DNA of 64,000 bases, taken from positions 10,553,656 through 10,617,655 of the forward strand of contig CM082583.2 in assembly GCA_040954595.2 (NCBI GenBank), in the 5' to 3' direction. The notes below the pieces were generated by a model. It searched no databases and was not told the DNA's origin. It saw only the letters and a program-made list of their open reading frames with translations. Positions within the stretch are counted from its first letter, which is position 1. The number at the start of each line of letters is the position of its first letter. Below, one piece after another: positions 37,201 to 49,800 of this stretch. This DNA is from Balanoglossus misakiensis. Lineage: Eukaryota; Animalia; Hemichordata. The translations under genes were made by a program, and so were the position numbers.

Positions 37201-38266
37201 CGAATGTTACCATGTGTGTACCTATGGAATCATTATTAGCCTCTGGTCAATATACATCAGCACTAGATCAGTACTTGAGTATAATGTTGATTTTCCTTTA
37301 GCGATTGTGAAATAAGATCAAAACATGCTCTTTTCTATGATAATATTTACAAACACACTGCAATTTAACTTGGGAAACATCTCTGTTACTGGGAAATATT
37401 CAAATCACAGCAGATAGCAATGTGTACTAAAATAGAATCATGGCTATCAATTGTCATGTCTAGTATGTCAACAAGAGTCTCCGTAAAAAATCAACATTTT
37501 GTTAAAGGGTATATTTCACTGTATTGATATACATCATAAAATAGTTGAAATATCTCTGAGTCCGTAAAATCACAAGATGTGTGACACTTGATCCTTTCTG
37601 TTCAGTTCATAAAATTTCCCAAGTGTGTTTGAAAAGATATACATGTACTATTAAGTGCTGCCTGCCCTGATATTCAGGATTCATGTCGAGTAGATCAATA
37701 TCAACATCAACACGAATATGCGTGATAGAATACTGTAAATGAGATGAACAAAAAAATTGGGTATTATCTTCATTTACACAGACTTGCACGCAATTCACAT
37801 TATCTTTATCAAAGCATGATCATAGACGTCTAACTGTGGCCACATGGGGGTATAATGTTTGCACGGAATGCAAAATTGAGTTTACTTTGAAAATTATTGT
37901 TCCAACAAAGACAAAACTGTTCATAAATAATGGCTCATACAGGTATTGATGCTCATAATTTTTCACTTTATCTCGTAATTTATGAGTGTTGTGAGAGTTA
38001 GCGAGAACACAGCGTGACCTTCAGTCCTGATGTGGTAAATGGGAATGGTGTATTATTTTTGATGGTTTAGCACTTTCATTTTGTGTCTGTGTGTATTTTC
38101 TCACAGGGAATACACAAACTGGAAGATATACGGCATAATATATCAACTTCATCTGATTAAGGTCACATTTTCTTGATTTCATCAAATCCCTCCAGAGACG
38201 CCTGAAAAAATTAATATGCTGCACTGACGGGAATCTATACTTTTAACCCGGATGGCCATACCAGCG

Positions 38267-38276
38267 TATATAAAAG
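38267..38276 (+). promoter_or_regulatory. TATA box upstream of GPCR
   Basis: TATATAAAAG about 90 bp upstream of the ATG. Confidence 0.5.
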
Positions 38277-38360
38277 CCCTGTTATTTAAAACTGCTCACA
38301 GTGTTCGAAAACCAGCGATGAACACGATTCGACACGCCGTCTAAGCTAACTGAGCTAAAC

Positions 38361-39431
38361 ATGGGAGGAGGGGAGTATGACTCAGTGCAGTTTTCTGCCA
38401 ATGGAAGTCACAATTTGTCGTCTGGCGACCCGTATGACGTTGGAGGGAGATCATTGCCAATGTGGTTTTTCGAAATCTTCATGCCAACATTTTTCAGCGT
38501 GGTTTGCGTGACGGGGCTGATTGGAAACGGTATTGTCATCTACATCCTGGTGAAGTACGCCTTCCCCAAAACTGTGCCAAACATTTACATACTGAATCTT
38601 GCCGCAGCCGATTTCCTGTTCTTGCTCGGACTGCCGTTCATTTCGTACACCTACACCCGCAAGCCGTGGATATTCGGTGACATTGTGTGCAAATGTATGA
38701 TGGGCTTGGACGGAATGAATATGTTCACAGGGATTTTTACTCTGACAGCCATGAGTGTAGACCGGTATTTGGCAATAGTGCGTGCAGTGTGGTCCCAGAC
38801 GCATCGTACACTGAACAGAGCCAGGATGGTGTGTGCATTGCTCTGGTTGCTATCCATCATAGTCACCATGCCGCTGTGGTTGTATGCAACCAGTCACACT
38901 TATGACGGTAACACTATATGCACCGTTCACTGGTCTGAGACACTAGTCAGAACATTTGGTGTGTACTCGTTTGTTTTGGGCTTTGCTTTGCCCATCGCTG
39001 TCATCATTCTCTGTTACACAAGTATTCTGGTCTCACTGGCTAGGTGTCCCAAAACGACAAGCTTGAGCAATAAGCGCTCGCCACTCGGTAAGGTGGGAGT
39101 CCTTGTTTTGCTGGCTGTGGCACTTTTCGTGGTCTGTTGGCTGCCATTCTGGATCAGCCAACTGCTAATGCTGACCGGCTACACAAGCTCCGCTGTTCGA
39201 ATACTGTATTTCTCAAGCCCCTGCCTGACGTACGCTAATTGTTGCCTGAACCCTTTAGTCTACACGTATGTTCGCAATGACTTCAAGAAGTACTTCAAGG
39301 AAGCTTGCTGCTTTGGTTTCTACGTGACCCTCCGAAAGCAAACGTCCAGAAGGTTCAGCAGTAGGAGCGGTTCAACTCGACTGGAAACTTATGAAAGCGC
39401 CCTTTCCACAAAGGCTGCCACACAGGTGTGA
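38361..39431 (+). CDS. Somatostatin/allatostatin-C-like class A (rhodopsin) peptide GPCR, intronless CDS, 356 aa
   Basis: Seven hydrophobic helices with GLIGN, KTVPNIYILNLAAAD, WIFGDIVCK, DGMNMFTGIFTLTAMSVDRY, ECL2 Cys, CWLPF, and YANCCLNPLVY. N-terminal NGS and NLS sequons are present. The motifs are closest to the SSTR/opioid/MCHR group. Confidence 0.92.
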   Translation: MGGGEYDSVQFSANGSHNLSSGDPYDVGGRSLPMWFFEIFMPTFFSVVCVTGLIGNGIVIYILVKYAFPKTVPNIYILNLAAADFLFLLGLPFISYTYTRKPWIFGDIVCKCMMGLDGMNMFTGIFTLTAMSVDRYLAIVRAVWSQTHRTLNRARMVCALLWLLSIIVTMPLWLYATSHTYDGNTICTVHWSETLVRTFGVYSFVLGFALPIAVIILCYTSILVSLARCPKTTSLSNKRSPLGKVGVLVLLAVALFVVCWLPFWISQLLMLTGYTSSAVRILYFSSPCLTYANCCLNPLVYTYVRNDFKKYFKEACCFGFYVTLRKQTSRRFSSRSGSTRLETYESALSTKAATQV

Positions 39432-40814
39432 ACCATATGTCACAGAAATGCAGCTGCAAGAGAATCGTTAAATTACTTGTCAAACAGTTCCCCTAATGGT
39501 CGTCACATCATAGTCTATGAACAAATTGGCTAATTTTTTACATTTATATGTCTTTCTAGTATTTATCTATTTTCCCCAGGCTGCAGGACAGGGGTCTGTG
39601 TCCCCTGCAAAGATTGTAATTATGATTTGAAATGTGATTGTATGGGTTTTATGTTTCTCCACATGATAGGTGCACAAGATTTTTCGACGACACTCGCGAC
39701 ATTTTACTAATAGACAGAACACAATGAATCATACAGTTTGTATCGGGAAGAATTTTGGATGAGCTTAATGGACTCCGGGGGCAGCACTCCTAATCTATTA
39801 TAATGTTGCAGGATGTAAATGACAAAATATCACAAACAATGTGATTCTGAGTGGATACAGCATAGGTTCATTGACATCTGATGATTTGATTGCAATAGCA
39901 ACGCATTAGCGCCGGTCGTTGAATACTTTGTCAACGTTTACTTGCCGGTCTGCTTTGAAATCTTCCTGAAGGACAAAATGATTGAATCCAACGTCAATAA
40001 ATTGTTCCTAGTCGATAAAATAGTCTGTTCAAAGGACCAGCGGGTGTCATTTTAAACAGTCAGAGAAATGTGAGTGTGTTATGCATCACTGCACATTTAC
40101 TCACTACACCCACAATGTTTACAGTGAGACAGTCAACTGTAGATGGAACAAAGTAACATATATGAAGACAATAACAATGGCGATACAGGAAGAACCAAGG
40201 CCGAGTGCAAAAGTTATTTCACGTGGAAAGTGCGACAGGAAGACATTGTATGGAATAGGAAGATCGCAAATGGCACGGGTTTTTTTGGTCACAGAGCGAT
40301 GCGTTTGATTATCTTTCTAACAAAACATTTATCAGTATCAAATGAAAAATAGACTGTAAATCTACACAATATGGTAGAAACTCTTAATGTTGTTTGGCAA
40401 ATTTAATTAAGTGTGTATGTCATGGTGACAATTAACTTAAAATAGATATTCATAGATGTACAGGTAGCTTTTTGTGGATGAAAGTTAACACACGCACACA
40501 TACATACATAGTGAGTACTAATTGTCTTTTAGGTCTACATGTTATTGTTTACAATATTGTGTTAACAAATATGCGCATACTTATACGACTACTATTTGTC
40601 AACTTTGTATTCTCTGTGTCAGTAAAAAGGTTGAACATATTCAAAATATGAACACAATAACAGTGCCTTTTGTGTCATCTGTCATGTTTGAATAATTGTT
40701 ACTGAATGGTATATTTTCATTTTATGTGTTCATGATGCTGGTTTCTCATTAAATGACAAAAGATGGAATGCAATTGAATTTGCACAAGATGACTCTTCCC
40801 TGATTTCTGCTGAA

Positions 40815-40977
40815 TTGTTTGTTGACAGGTTATGGTTAGGGGTAGGGGTTAAGGTTAGGGTTCATTTGCTCCACATTATCACTCTCTGTATATACAGAGA
40901 CATGGGAAGAATCTGAGGCCATGGGGTTTTATACCCGGCCTGTATATACCCTTACCCTTAAACCTGTCAACAAACAA
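40815..40977. mobile_element. Small foldback / MITE-like element
   Basis: 17-bp inverted ends TTGTTTGTTGACAGGTT and AACCTGTCAACAAACAA, continuing into degenerate TTAGGG-like and CCCTTA-like units. A central perfect 18-bp palindrome TCTCTGTATATACAGAGA lies at 40883-40900. Confidence 0.55.
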
Positions 40978-43786
40978 ATACAACACACATGCCCACATAC
41001 ACACACACTGTCTACAAACAAGGAGGAAGAGCTCCCTGTGCTAAGGATGCAACTTTGTGAATACGTATCAAAATACCGAGTGTTTCAGCTTTGCATTCAT
41101 TTCAATACACGACTCAAGTTCCTAGTTTGATAACAAAGGGACATTTTTCTTTAGTGCTCGACTTTCACTTTAATTGCTACATCACGTGTTTTGAATGCAA
41201 GTAACATGATCTCTGCAGGTAAATTCTGTTCTTCACCACCGCCTCTGATTTGTATTGAAATGCCGACGTGTCATGGAATTAATCCAAAACTCGTGTAAGA
41301 TTGCACCGGCAGTGCCTGTAATAGGTGTAATTGGAATATACGATGCCGCTACCCGGATGCGTTACAGAGTGAGCTTACGTTTAATGAATTTGTCAATTAA
41401 GGTTTAGTGTATACAGACTCGGATAATCGGAGATGAGACTATTTCCTGAGTCATCGGATTTAAATGTTGCACCCACAGAATTCTACGGATATCCTAGACT
41501 CTGTACCGTTGTTGCAAATGTTTGTGTGGGCAGTATATTTTGATGGGTGACAAATGAGATTCTTTCACTGTAAAATAAACCATCAGTCGCAATGGCCATT
41601 AATTCCTGTTTTACTATGGAACCGGACAGCTGGCTATTTCCTCATTGAATTACATACATTGTTCTTTGTAATATTTCAAGTGACCCAGAGTTTTGATTTC
41701 TGATGTCATGCTGCACAAATTGCAGAACAGAAAAATGTGACAATGTTACCGCAGCACTGATTGCCATTCTTCACAATCTCCCAATCACAAATGGGATTAA
41801 TTATCCTGCTAACCGCTTTGTATTAAATGCCTGATGTTGGGTAATTCAACAATTATAGGAGAGTTTCGTTCGGAATGCATGAGAAGTATCCAAGATAGCG
41901 TGTAAAGCATACCGCTGTATCACATACATAACCTCTGCAACATTTAAACACATGGCGTTTTCATTGTGTGTGTCATGCATGCTCATTAAAGGCCCAGCCG
42001 CCCATTCCTACTAGCCCCGCATCAACATTATCCGAAAAGCAGCGTCAGTATTGCCGAGTCCACTCCATACCGACGTCAGAAGACTGCGACGTTGTCTTGT
42101 TAGGACCGGGAGGCAAGAAATACCTTCACCTCTGTGGAGACGAAAAGCGAATGTCGTTACAAATTGTGCCTAATTCGATTTGACAGACATCGATTAAGAA
42201 AATCACCCACACATATACATTAATTTGCTGTGGTGTGCACATACTGTAGACAAGGAGACCAAGATTTCTGTCTCTTAAAAAGAAGACAGTTACTTGCGCC
42301 ACCCACAATAATAGAAAACATTAAAAATCAAAATAATTAGAAGCGACAGTTCTACCCAGCCCACTGAAACAGTAATCAGAGAGATCCAAAGTCAAGCAAA
42401 TATCAGACGTCCAATTCTCTCTGCGCTTATCAGCGTATACAGACACGTCATGTCTACGAACTTGGACATAAAACTACATGCAGCAATGTCCTCTGATCTA
42501 CTTTGAGCTTTCAGCCCATTAAGTATTATTACGTTCCCTGTGTGCAATTACCAGTAATGCCTATTAAACGGAAGAAAATTTCCCAAATGATTTGGCTTAT
42601 TTGTATGTGCTTACCAGCACTGATAGATTGCGAGTGTCATTCTAACGATACGTCATGGATATCAACAATAACGCCTACATATGCTGGTTTGAAACCTCGT
42701 CTGACGTTTCAAAATCAGCATTTAGGCGAATACTGTTTGACGCAAGTATGACGAAGATTGTCTGTTGTTTTCTGTAAGTGGGACGAAATGAATAGACCGA
42801 TGGAGCCCGTTTAATTCAAATCTAACTACGGCTTTATTCAGTCTTAATTTGGATATTGTTGCAATGTTTTGTGTACCAATCTATGGTATTGGTACTGTCA
42901 ACCAGTTTTTAAGAAACCCCATCACCAAATAGTAAGACTGGGGTATATCATTTTTGTTTTCACATTTGCTTTGAGCACTGGTCATTTTAGATCATTAAGG
43001 AGTACTCCTCTCTCAGACAGAATCAATTCACTCTCTTGATGCCAGCTGGTGCTTATATGTCAACTTTTAATAGTCGTGACGTCACCAGCAGTAGCATCTG
43101 CCCAATTTGACAACTGAAAATTTCCAAAAAGCTTTTACTGCCATTGTACTGCATTGTTTATACTTCTCATAAATGTCCATAAACGTTGATGGTCATATTT
43201 ATCTGCAAGTGGGAGACAAATGCATACAACAAATTTAGCAGCATGCGAAAAGCAGGGTACTGATTTCTCAACATAAAACTAGAAAGTATGGACGCTGAAA
43301 TGATTCTGTCTTGGGTTCAAGTCTAGCTGTTCCCTTTTAAGAGAATATACCATCGAGACACTGAAACTAATTCACAAGTGAAGGGAATTTTGTTCATTTG
43401 ATGTTCCTGTTAATGGCGTGTGTTACAAGCATACGGTTCTGATACAGGATATTTATAGAACGTGCCACAACAGCAAGGACGTATTCATCCCATGCTTCCC
43501 AACGAGTAATTTGATACAATTTTACACACTCTTGAACAAAGCGGGTAAACTTGCAAATATGGTTGAGTCACAAATAACACGTTTCTCTTCACAATACTGT
43601 AATTTTGAAGGGAGGACCTCTAAAAGAATCAATCATTTTGATGCATAAATTACCCTTTTAGCAAACTTCTTTTTGGTGGGTCATGGAAAATACTTAGCAT
43701 AAGTAAATGTTTACTCAAAACTGTGTGCTAATAATGTATTGGTAAAAATATCAGGCCAGTCAACCATGCTGACTTCACAGGTTAAG

Positions 43787-43790
<4 letters not shown>

Positions 43791-43870
<80 letters not shown>
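43791..43870. repeat. (CT)40 microsatellite
   Basis: 80-bp perfect CT run. Confidence 0.97.
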
Positions 43871-43873
<3 letters not shown>

Positions 43874-46800
43874 ACCTAGAAACATGTAGTTATGGAGTTT
43901 TGCAGTATTTTTGACATATCCAAATTTTAATGACTTTCACTGGATTTATCCAACACCACCAGCTCTATCATCCGCATGAGCACATATCTTCCCCTTTCGT
44001 CTGATTTCTTACTTTTAGTGTCCATATTCGAAAATTACATTGGTCTTTAAAATGATAGTTTAAATAATAAAATTCACTAGTAGGAGCTAGTAGTTTTAAT
44101 CGATAAGGATCAGTTTATCGTCCTACGCTTGATTTGTTTCCACTAAAGTGTGACATTTTATCAAATGAAACTATCTGATGAACAGCTAGTCTATTTTGGG
44201 CCGCAGCAAATTATATTTTGGTCATACATTTCCTGATACTTTTCCTATACAAGTTCCAGGAACAACAGACTGTGACAACAAGATATATATATATTTTTAA
44301 TTTCAAACAAAAATATGGCAATAATATAACAGCAGGTACCCGAGTTTCAAGCCTCTCTCTAAAGGCACCTTCTCATAACATCCTGCTGCTTATATTGTAG
44401 TCATTAAAAGATGTGACTCTGCATGTTACCTCTACGAAGGCCTCTGTGTAAATGCATCTTCATTGAAATATTCTTGATATTGATCTGGGCATGATCATTG
44501 CCAGCTGTCAAAGGAAAACAAATGAGATGTCGAGAGTGTGTGAATTGTTGGGATGTTCATCCTCGATGTAAAAAGTTTTTGGTAGGCCTGAGCATTTGTG
44601 AAAGTTGGTGTTATGATTTCAAAGGTATTCCATTAGAACTGAGCCTTGTCAGCTTGTCAATTTTCATTCAAGGATTATAATGAATACCATTAGAACATGT
44701 CCAGCTCCCATGCCTTTGTAATAAGCTTATAGATAAATACACAAAACACTATTTTTGAAATTAATCACAAATCAATTTTTGGCTAATGACTCATGGGCTT
44801 GTTGGCAGGCTTAGATGTCAATTTACCTGGTGAAGTTTCACGTGACACTTCCCCAACCGATGTTGCAGCGACTGTTCAGATGAGACTTCCAGGGCTCACA
44901 ATTTATCTTTGTCACAGAATCAAGTGGTACTACTCTTACAAAGGGAAACTCGACACCACATCCTTCACTGAATGCCAAGGTCACCTGCTGAAGACAATGT
45001 TACATCCAATTACAGTGCAGTATTTCAACACTTGTCCTTTCAAGCGTGGTTGGTTAGTCCAGAAAAGTGCAGAGTCGCAAAAAACCTGCCAATTCCACAA
45101 CTAATTAGAGCATCCGCAATGTACTTTTGCAAATAAAGAACAATCCATGACCTTGATATCAGTGCAGTTACCTCAGTCTGCAAATGGCGAATCTCTAAAC
45201 TTACACTTTAGGGCCTTGTAAGGATTGGTGCATCATACTTGGAACCAGAGATATCAACTTTGGTCATACAGCGTTATGTGGCAACTCCATCTGACATAAA
45301 ACTAACGGCGGTTGTCGTTAAACGCTGCTTCGGATACAAAGTTTGATCTCATAAAAGATCGCCGGCAAGCATATATAGCAAGAAAAGCTTTTATGTCTTC
45401 CCAGTGTAGCCTACATCACAGATTAAGTGTTGAAATGTGTCTCAGCAATAACTTTTAATGGAGACTGAATGTTTGCTTGTCATTGAGTTCCGGTAACGTT
45501 AAACAATTGTAAAAATAAAAGAAGATTAATCATCGCAAATGTAGTTGGATGTCTTCTGGAAGCACCTGAGACTCCCTCTCCCAAATGTCCAACTGAGAAC
45601 TAGCTAGTTTAATAAAATTTGCTTTGTTTTTTGCTGTTAGCATGCAAGTCGCGTTGCAGGAAAATTAAAAGAAAACAAACTTCTGTCCTCAGAAGAATGA
45701 AAACAAATGTTTTTCATACTCCTGTTCAACAAGAATATTAGAAAAATATGTTAACTGTAATCTCACACTCTGCAGACACACCATAAAATATTGAAATAAT
45801 AGAAATTATGTTGCTGCAGTATGGGCTTTATGCACAGGGTGGTGGGCAAGGTGGTACCAACTGATGGAGCACCATATTTCAGTATTCTATTATGTGGAAC
45901 AAAAATAACCCTATAATGAAAAACGCGAAAATGTACATGTATTAAACACGTCATATTACTACAAAGGGTATAGTGCTTCCGTTGGTGTAGGATTGCAAAT
46001 AATTGCGGGCATTACACCGGTATTTTTAGTGCCTTCGTTTGTTTCGAAATGACAGAACGGTGTCTGTTTTTGAACGGTTTGATGTGCTCTGCCTGAAGTC
46101 ATTTCCTTCTTTGTGCTGCCATGTTCTCGTATCTTCCTCTTCCACCAACAAACAAACAAACAAACATGCATACTAGTATATAAAGATATTCTATACTTAT
46201 TGGTGTTCACAGGAGTGTCCGTGGGAGATATTTCCGATTGCAAGCGACGATTAGTCGTCTTGAGAATGTCACTGGAATTAACTTGTCACCAGTAGCTTTC
46301 CGGGTAAAACCGATTGCTACATTCTTCACTGTGACGGGGTCACAGTTGTCACAACACCACTGAGCCATCGCTGAAGTCAGTTACTGGCTTAGCCTCTCGC
46401 TCACTTATAAATAAAGTCAGATATTGATTGGGCTGATATACAATGTATCAATCATTTTATGCATTAGTCCAAAGCAAACAATGCAGATCACTGATTTTTT
46501 TTCAAAACACTAGTTTGATCATTGAACCGAATTATCTCTGTTTCAATCACTGGTCCATTCTCTCATATTCAAAAGCAATATAACCATGAACCCATATCAG
46601 GTCAACGTTCCCCTGGCTTACTGATATTACTCATCAATTTTTTGTATAATAGCACTAGCCTAATCTCAAATCCAATATGGCAAAAAAATTGTGCACAGGA
46701 AAATACATTTGACCGTTTTTATCTGATGAGTTGCAGTAAGTACAGCTTATCATCCTTGCCCAAAATATCAACATTCACTCCAGTGACAATTGTAGGAATC

Positions 46801-49800
46801 TTATATATGTAGTTAATAATCACAGTGTTCGTCATAGCAATAAATATATCATCAGTGTTACTGAAATTTCAAAATATGGTTAGTTGAAACGAAAAGGTCA
46901 CATTACATGCACCTCTTTAACTGATGGGGGCCATTACATGTAAAAGATGTCATGGAAACGGATAATGAGGAGGATGATGGGGGACAATTATTGGTTTGAA
47001 AATCAGACAGGAGATTGTTCGATAAAAAAACCTGAGTTTTTAATTTTAAAAATCTGTGACGTTGGTTTTGAAAAAAGGCAAGGCACACTGTGGGCGGGTT
47101 GCATTTACACCATCGGTTGATTTTCATCTTTCCGTTGCCTGAGTTTATTCTATTCATACCTGTATAGCTTTCAATCACAGTGCCCTGGGGCTGAAGTGAT
47201 GAAACGCGAACTTCAGCACGTACTTATACAGCAGAAAATGCCAGATCATTATTTTTCTAAAGGTCAGTTCCGTTATGCCTCTTAGAGATATTCTTAAAAA
47301 TATCAAATCTAAGTAATTTTGTGCGTTATGATCCATTTGTTTAGTAAGGAAGTAATTACAGATAAAAAAAAAATAGCTGCTCAACTTTACCTACTTTCAT
47401 GATTTGCCTGCCTACCTTGTTTTTCTTGTAAAAGTAATCATATATTTAATAGAGGTGGAACTGTTCCAGAAATACAGAACTGTACTTTTAAAGGGTCAGA
47501 TTACGAATTGAAGCCACATTGTATTTTTCAGTTACAGGCTGATAACTGGCCAACTGGTTTTGCTCTGTTGATTTCAGTGGTGAAGGCGATGTTGCTTAAA
47601 TGGTGTGTTCGTGATGCCAGTGACATCCATAATAAAAATAATCGTGTGCAACTTTTTGTATCGGGTTTGTACCTTGTGAAAATGAGGGCACAGCGATTTC
47701 TTTTGGTTCGGTCATTGCATCATGCATTCTCAGTCGTTCATGGCTTTTTTGTCACGCGATGTGAACGATAGCGTCGAGCGAAGAGGGACTGTGAGTTCAC
47801 GCGACATGAACTCGCAGCCTCACTTTGCGTTTCCGTGTTGTCAAGGGTTAATTAAAAAGTTTTTGCAGCCAGCAAAGCTAGGTTTGTCAAGCAATTATTC
47901 GTCCTACTTTCTGTGTACAAATTTGCATGTCTTGTCCACTGATCCCTTAGAGGCAAACACATTTCAACAGTACATGTCTGTGCATGATAATATCTTTTTT
48001 TTCCCTCAAAAATATGAAAAGAGACCTGGTCTTAGTTACAATAACCAAGAATAGCCACTCTCATGTATACGTCAACTGAATTCTTAAAATTGGTAAATTC
48101 TACATCAGGCATTTAAAATGTCAGTTTTGGAATAATCTGTCAAAATGAAGCATCCTGAAAAATGTGACAGATAAAAAAAAGCTGTTAATGTAAATATTAT
48201 TGATGTGTTCCCATGCCATGTAGATTGCTCATAGATCAAGCAAGGGCAGTCAGTTGCGTGCTTCTACATGTTGCTGACACAATCAGCTCAGCTTAGAATA
48301 TTGATGGTTTTGTTGTCCCGGGGACTCATTAATGTAACTCCATAAAGCTTGATATTTTGCACAGATTTCTTATTTTGAGATTTATTTGCCAGTATATCAT
48401 ACGGCGCAATGTACAGGCTATATCTACAGCAACCAACGTCTTGTGTGTATGTGTCATCATCAATGCAGTATAGTACACATACAGGCCTATAGTGCAGTGT
48501 GGTGATTCTGCTGTTCTGAGTGACGTGGACTAATGTTTAGAAGTCAAGTCTGGTTTACGATAGCCAGTAATGTATGCTTAGGTATTGCTCTGTCGGTATT
48601 ACCAGACAAGCGACCATGATTGCATGTAAATAAATACCGTAATGATATCCTGTGACTGGCAACTGAATGAGGCGTTGTTGTCATGGCAATTAATAGCCAA
48701 GCATTCAAGAATATCAGTTGTCTTACCAACCTAATTAAGAAAACCCATCACTGGTGCATTACGTAAATGTTGTGGCTATCTCCTGCCATCCGAAATGATA
48801 CTGCTTGAATAGACAAATTAAACCTTGCCCAGAAGCTAAACCAGGAAGTAAATTATAAATAAATAAAGTTCCTGGAAGTGATAGGAATTAGAGCTTCCTA
48901 TTGTTAAACTATGAAAAAAATTCAATGAGATATCCTTCGTAGTAATAACATAGTTTACCTTTGCTTTTTTGCCTCAGAAAGTTTTGCCGGAGAAAAGAAT
49001 TAAATGTATATACCAATACAAAATCTAATAAATATTTACCAGAGCCACAACTCATTTAGTTTGTAATAGAATCCACCTCCGAATCACAATATCCATTCAC
49101 CGAATTATGATATGAAATGCATTTTTTTTTGCCTCAACACAAAAGCAACAATTCGATTCTTGCGGATGCATAAGTGACACAAGCGTTTGCAGTTTCTGTG
49201 TCTATATTTTGATTAACCCCCTTTTCACGCTGCAATCAGAAACTAATCTTATCAAAGGAAACGTAGATCCCATCTGTGCTCTCTGCCTATTGACACACTT
49301 CAGCGCCGAGTCCTAATGGTGACCGCCAGCTCTCGACCTCCTTTGACCTAAATTGCAAGCAACTAGTATGTATGTACCGGTACATGTATGTATAGAGAAC
49401 TCAACTCATCTGTGAGTTCCATTTTTATCAGGAAGATTTATTCCATAGTAAAGCTGGGTCATTTCACGCTAAATCCGGGTCAGTATATAGACTGCCCATT
49501 AAACCTTTCTCATCGTCCTATCAAATACAATCGCAACATCAAATAACGCAATCTCTCAGTCCCAGAGAAATAAATCTGCACCAAGAACGGCATCACGGTT
49601 TAACAGAGACATATTTCCTCAACATCGGCCCTATATTAATGTATTAGGTTTGATGGAAAGGATTAACCTGTACGAACTATTGATAGACGGCGAGTGCTGA
49701 AACGAGATTATATTTGTCAGAACGGGTGAGGAATTGTCAGCATAATGATTTTGAGAGATATTGGAGTTGACCATTTCACCGTGAGCTGAATACAACCGGC

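Noticed and set aside
40143-40352. 69-aa ORF that looks protein-like (MEQSNIYEDNNNGDTG...)
   Set aside because: No family motif and no convincing polypyrimidine acceptor or donor. Probably 3'UTR or intergenic.
40836-40862. Interstitial telomeric repeat
   Set aside because: Only about four degenerate units, forming part of the small foldback element.
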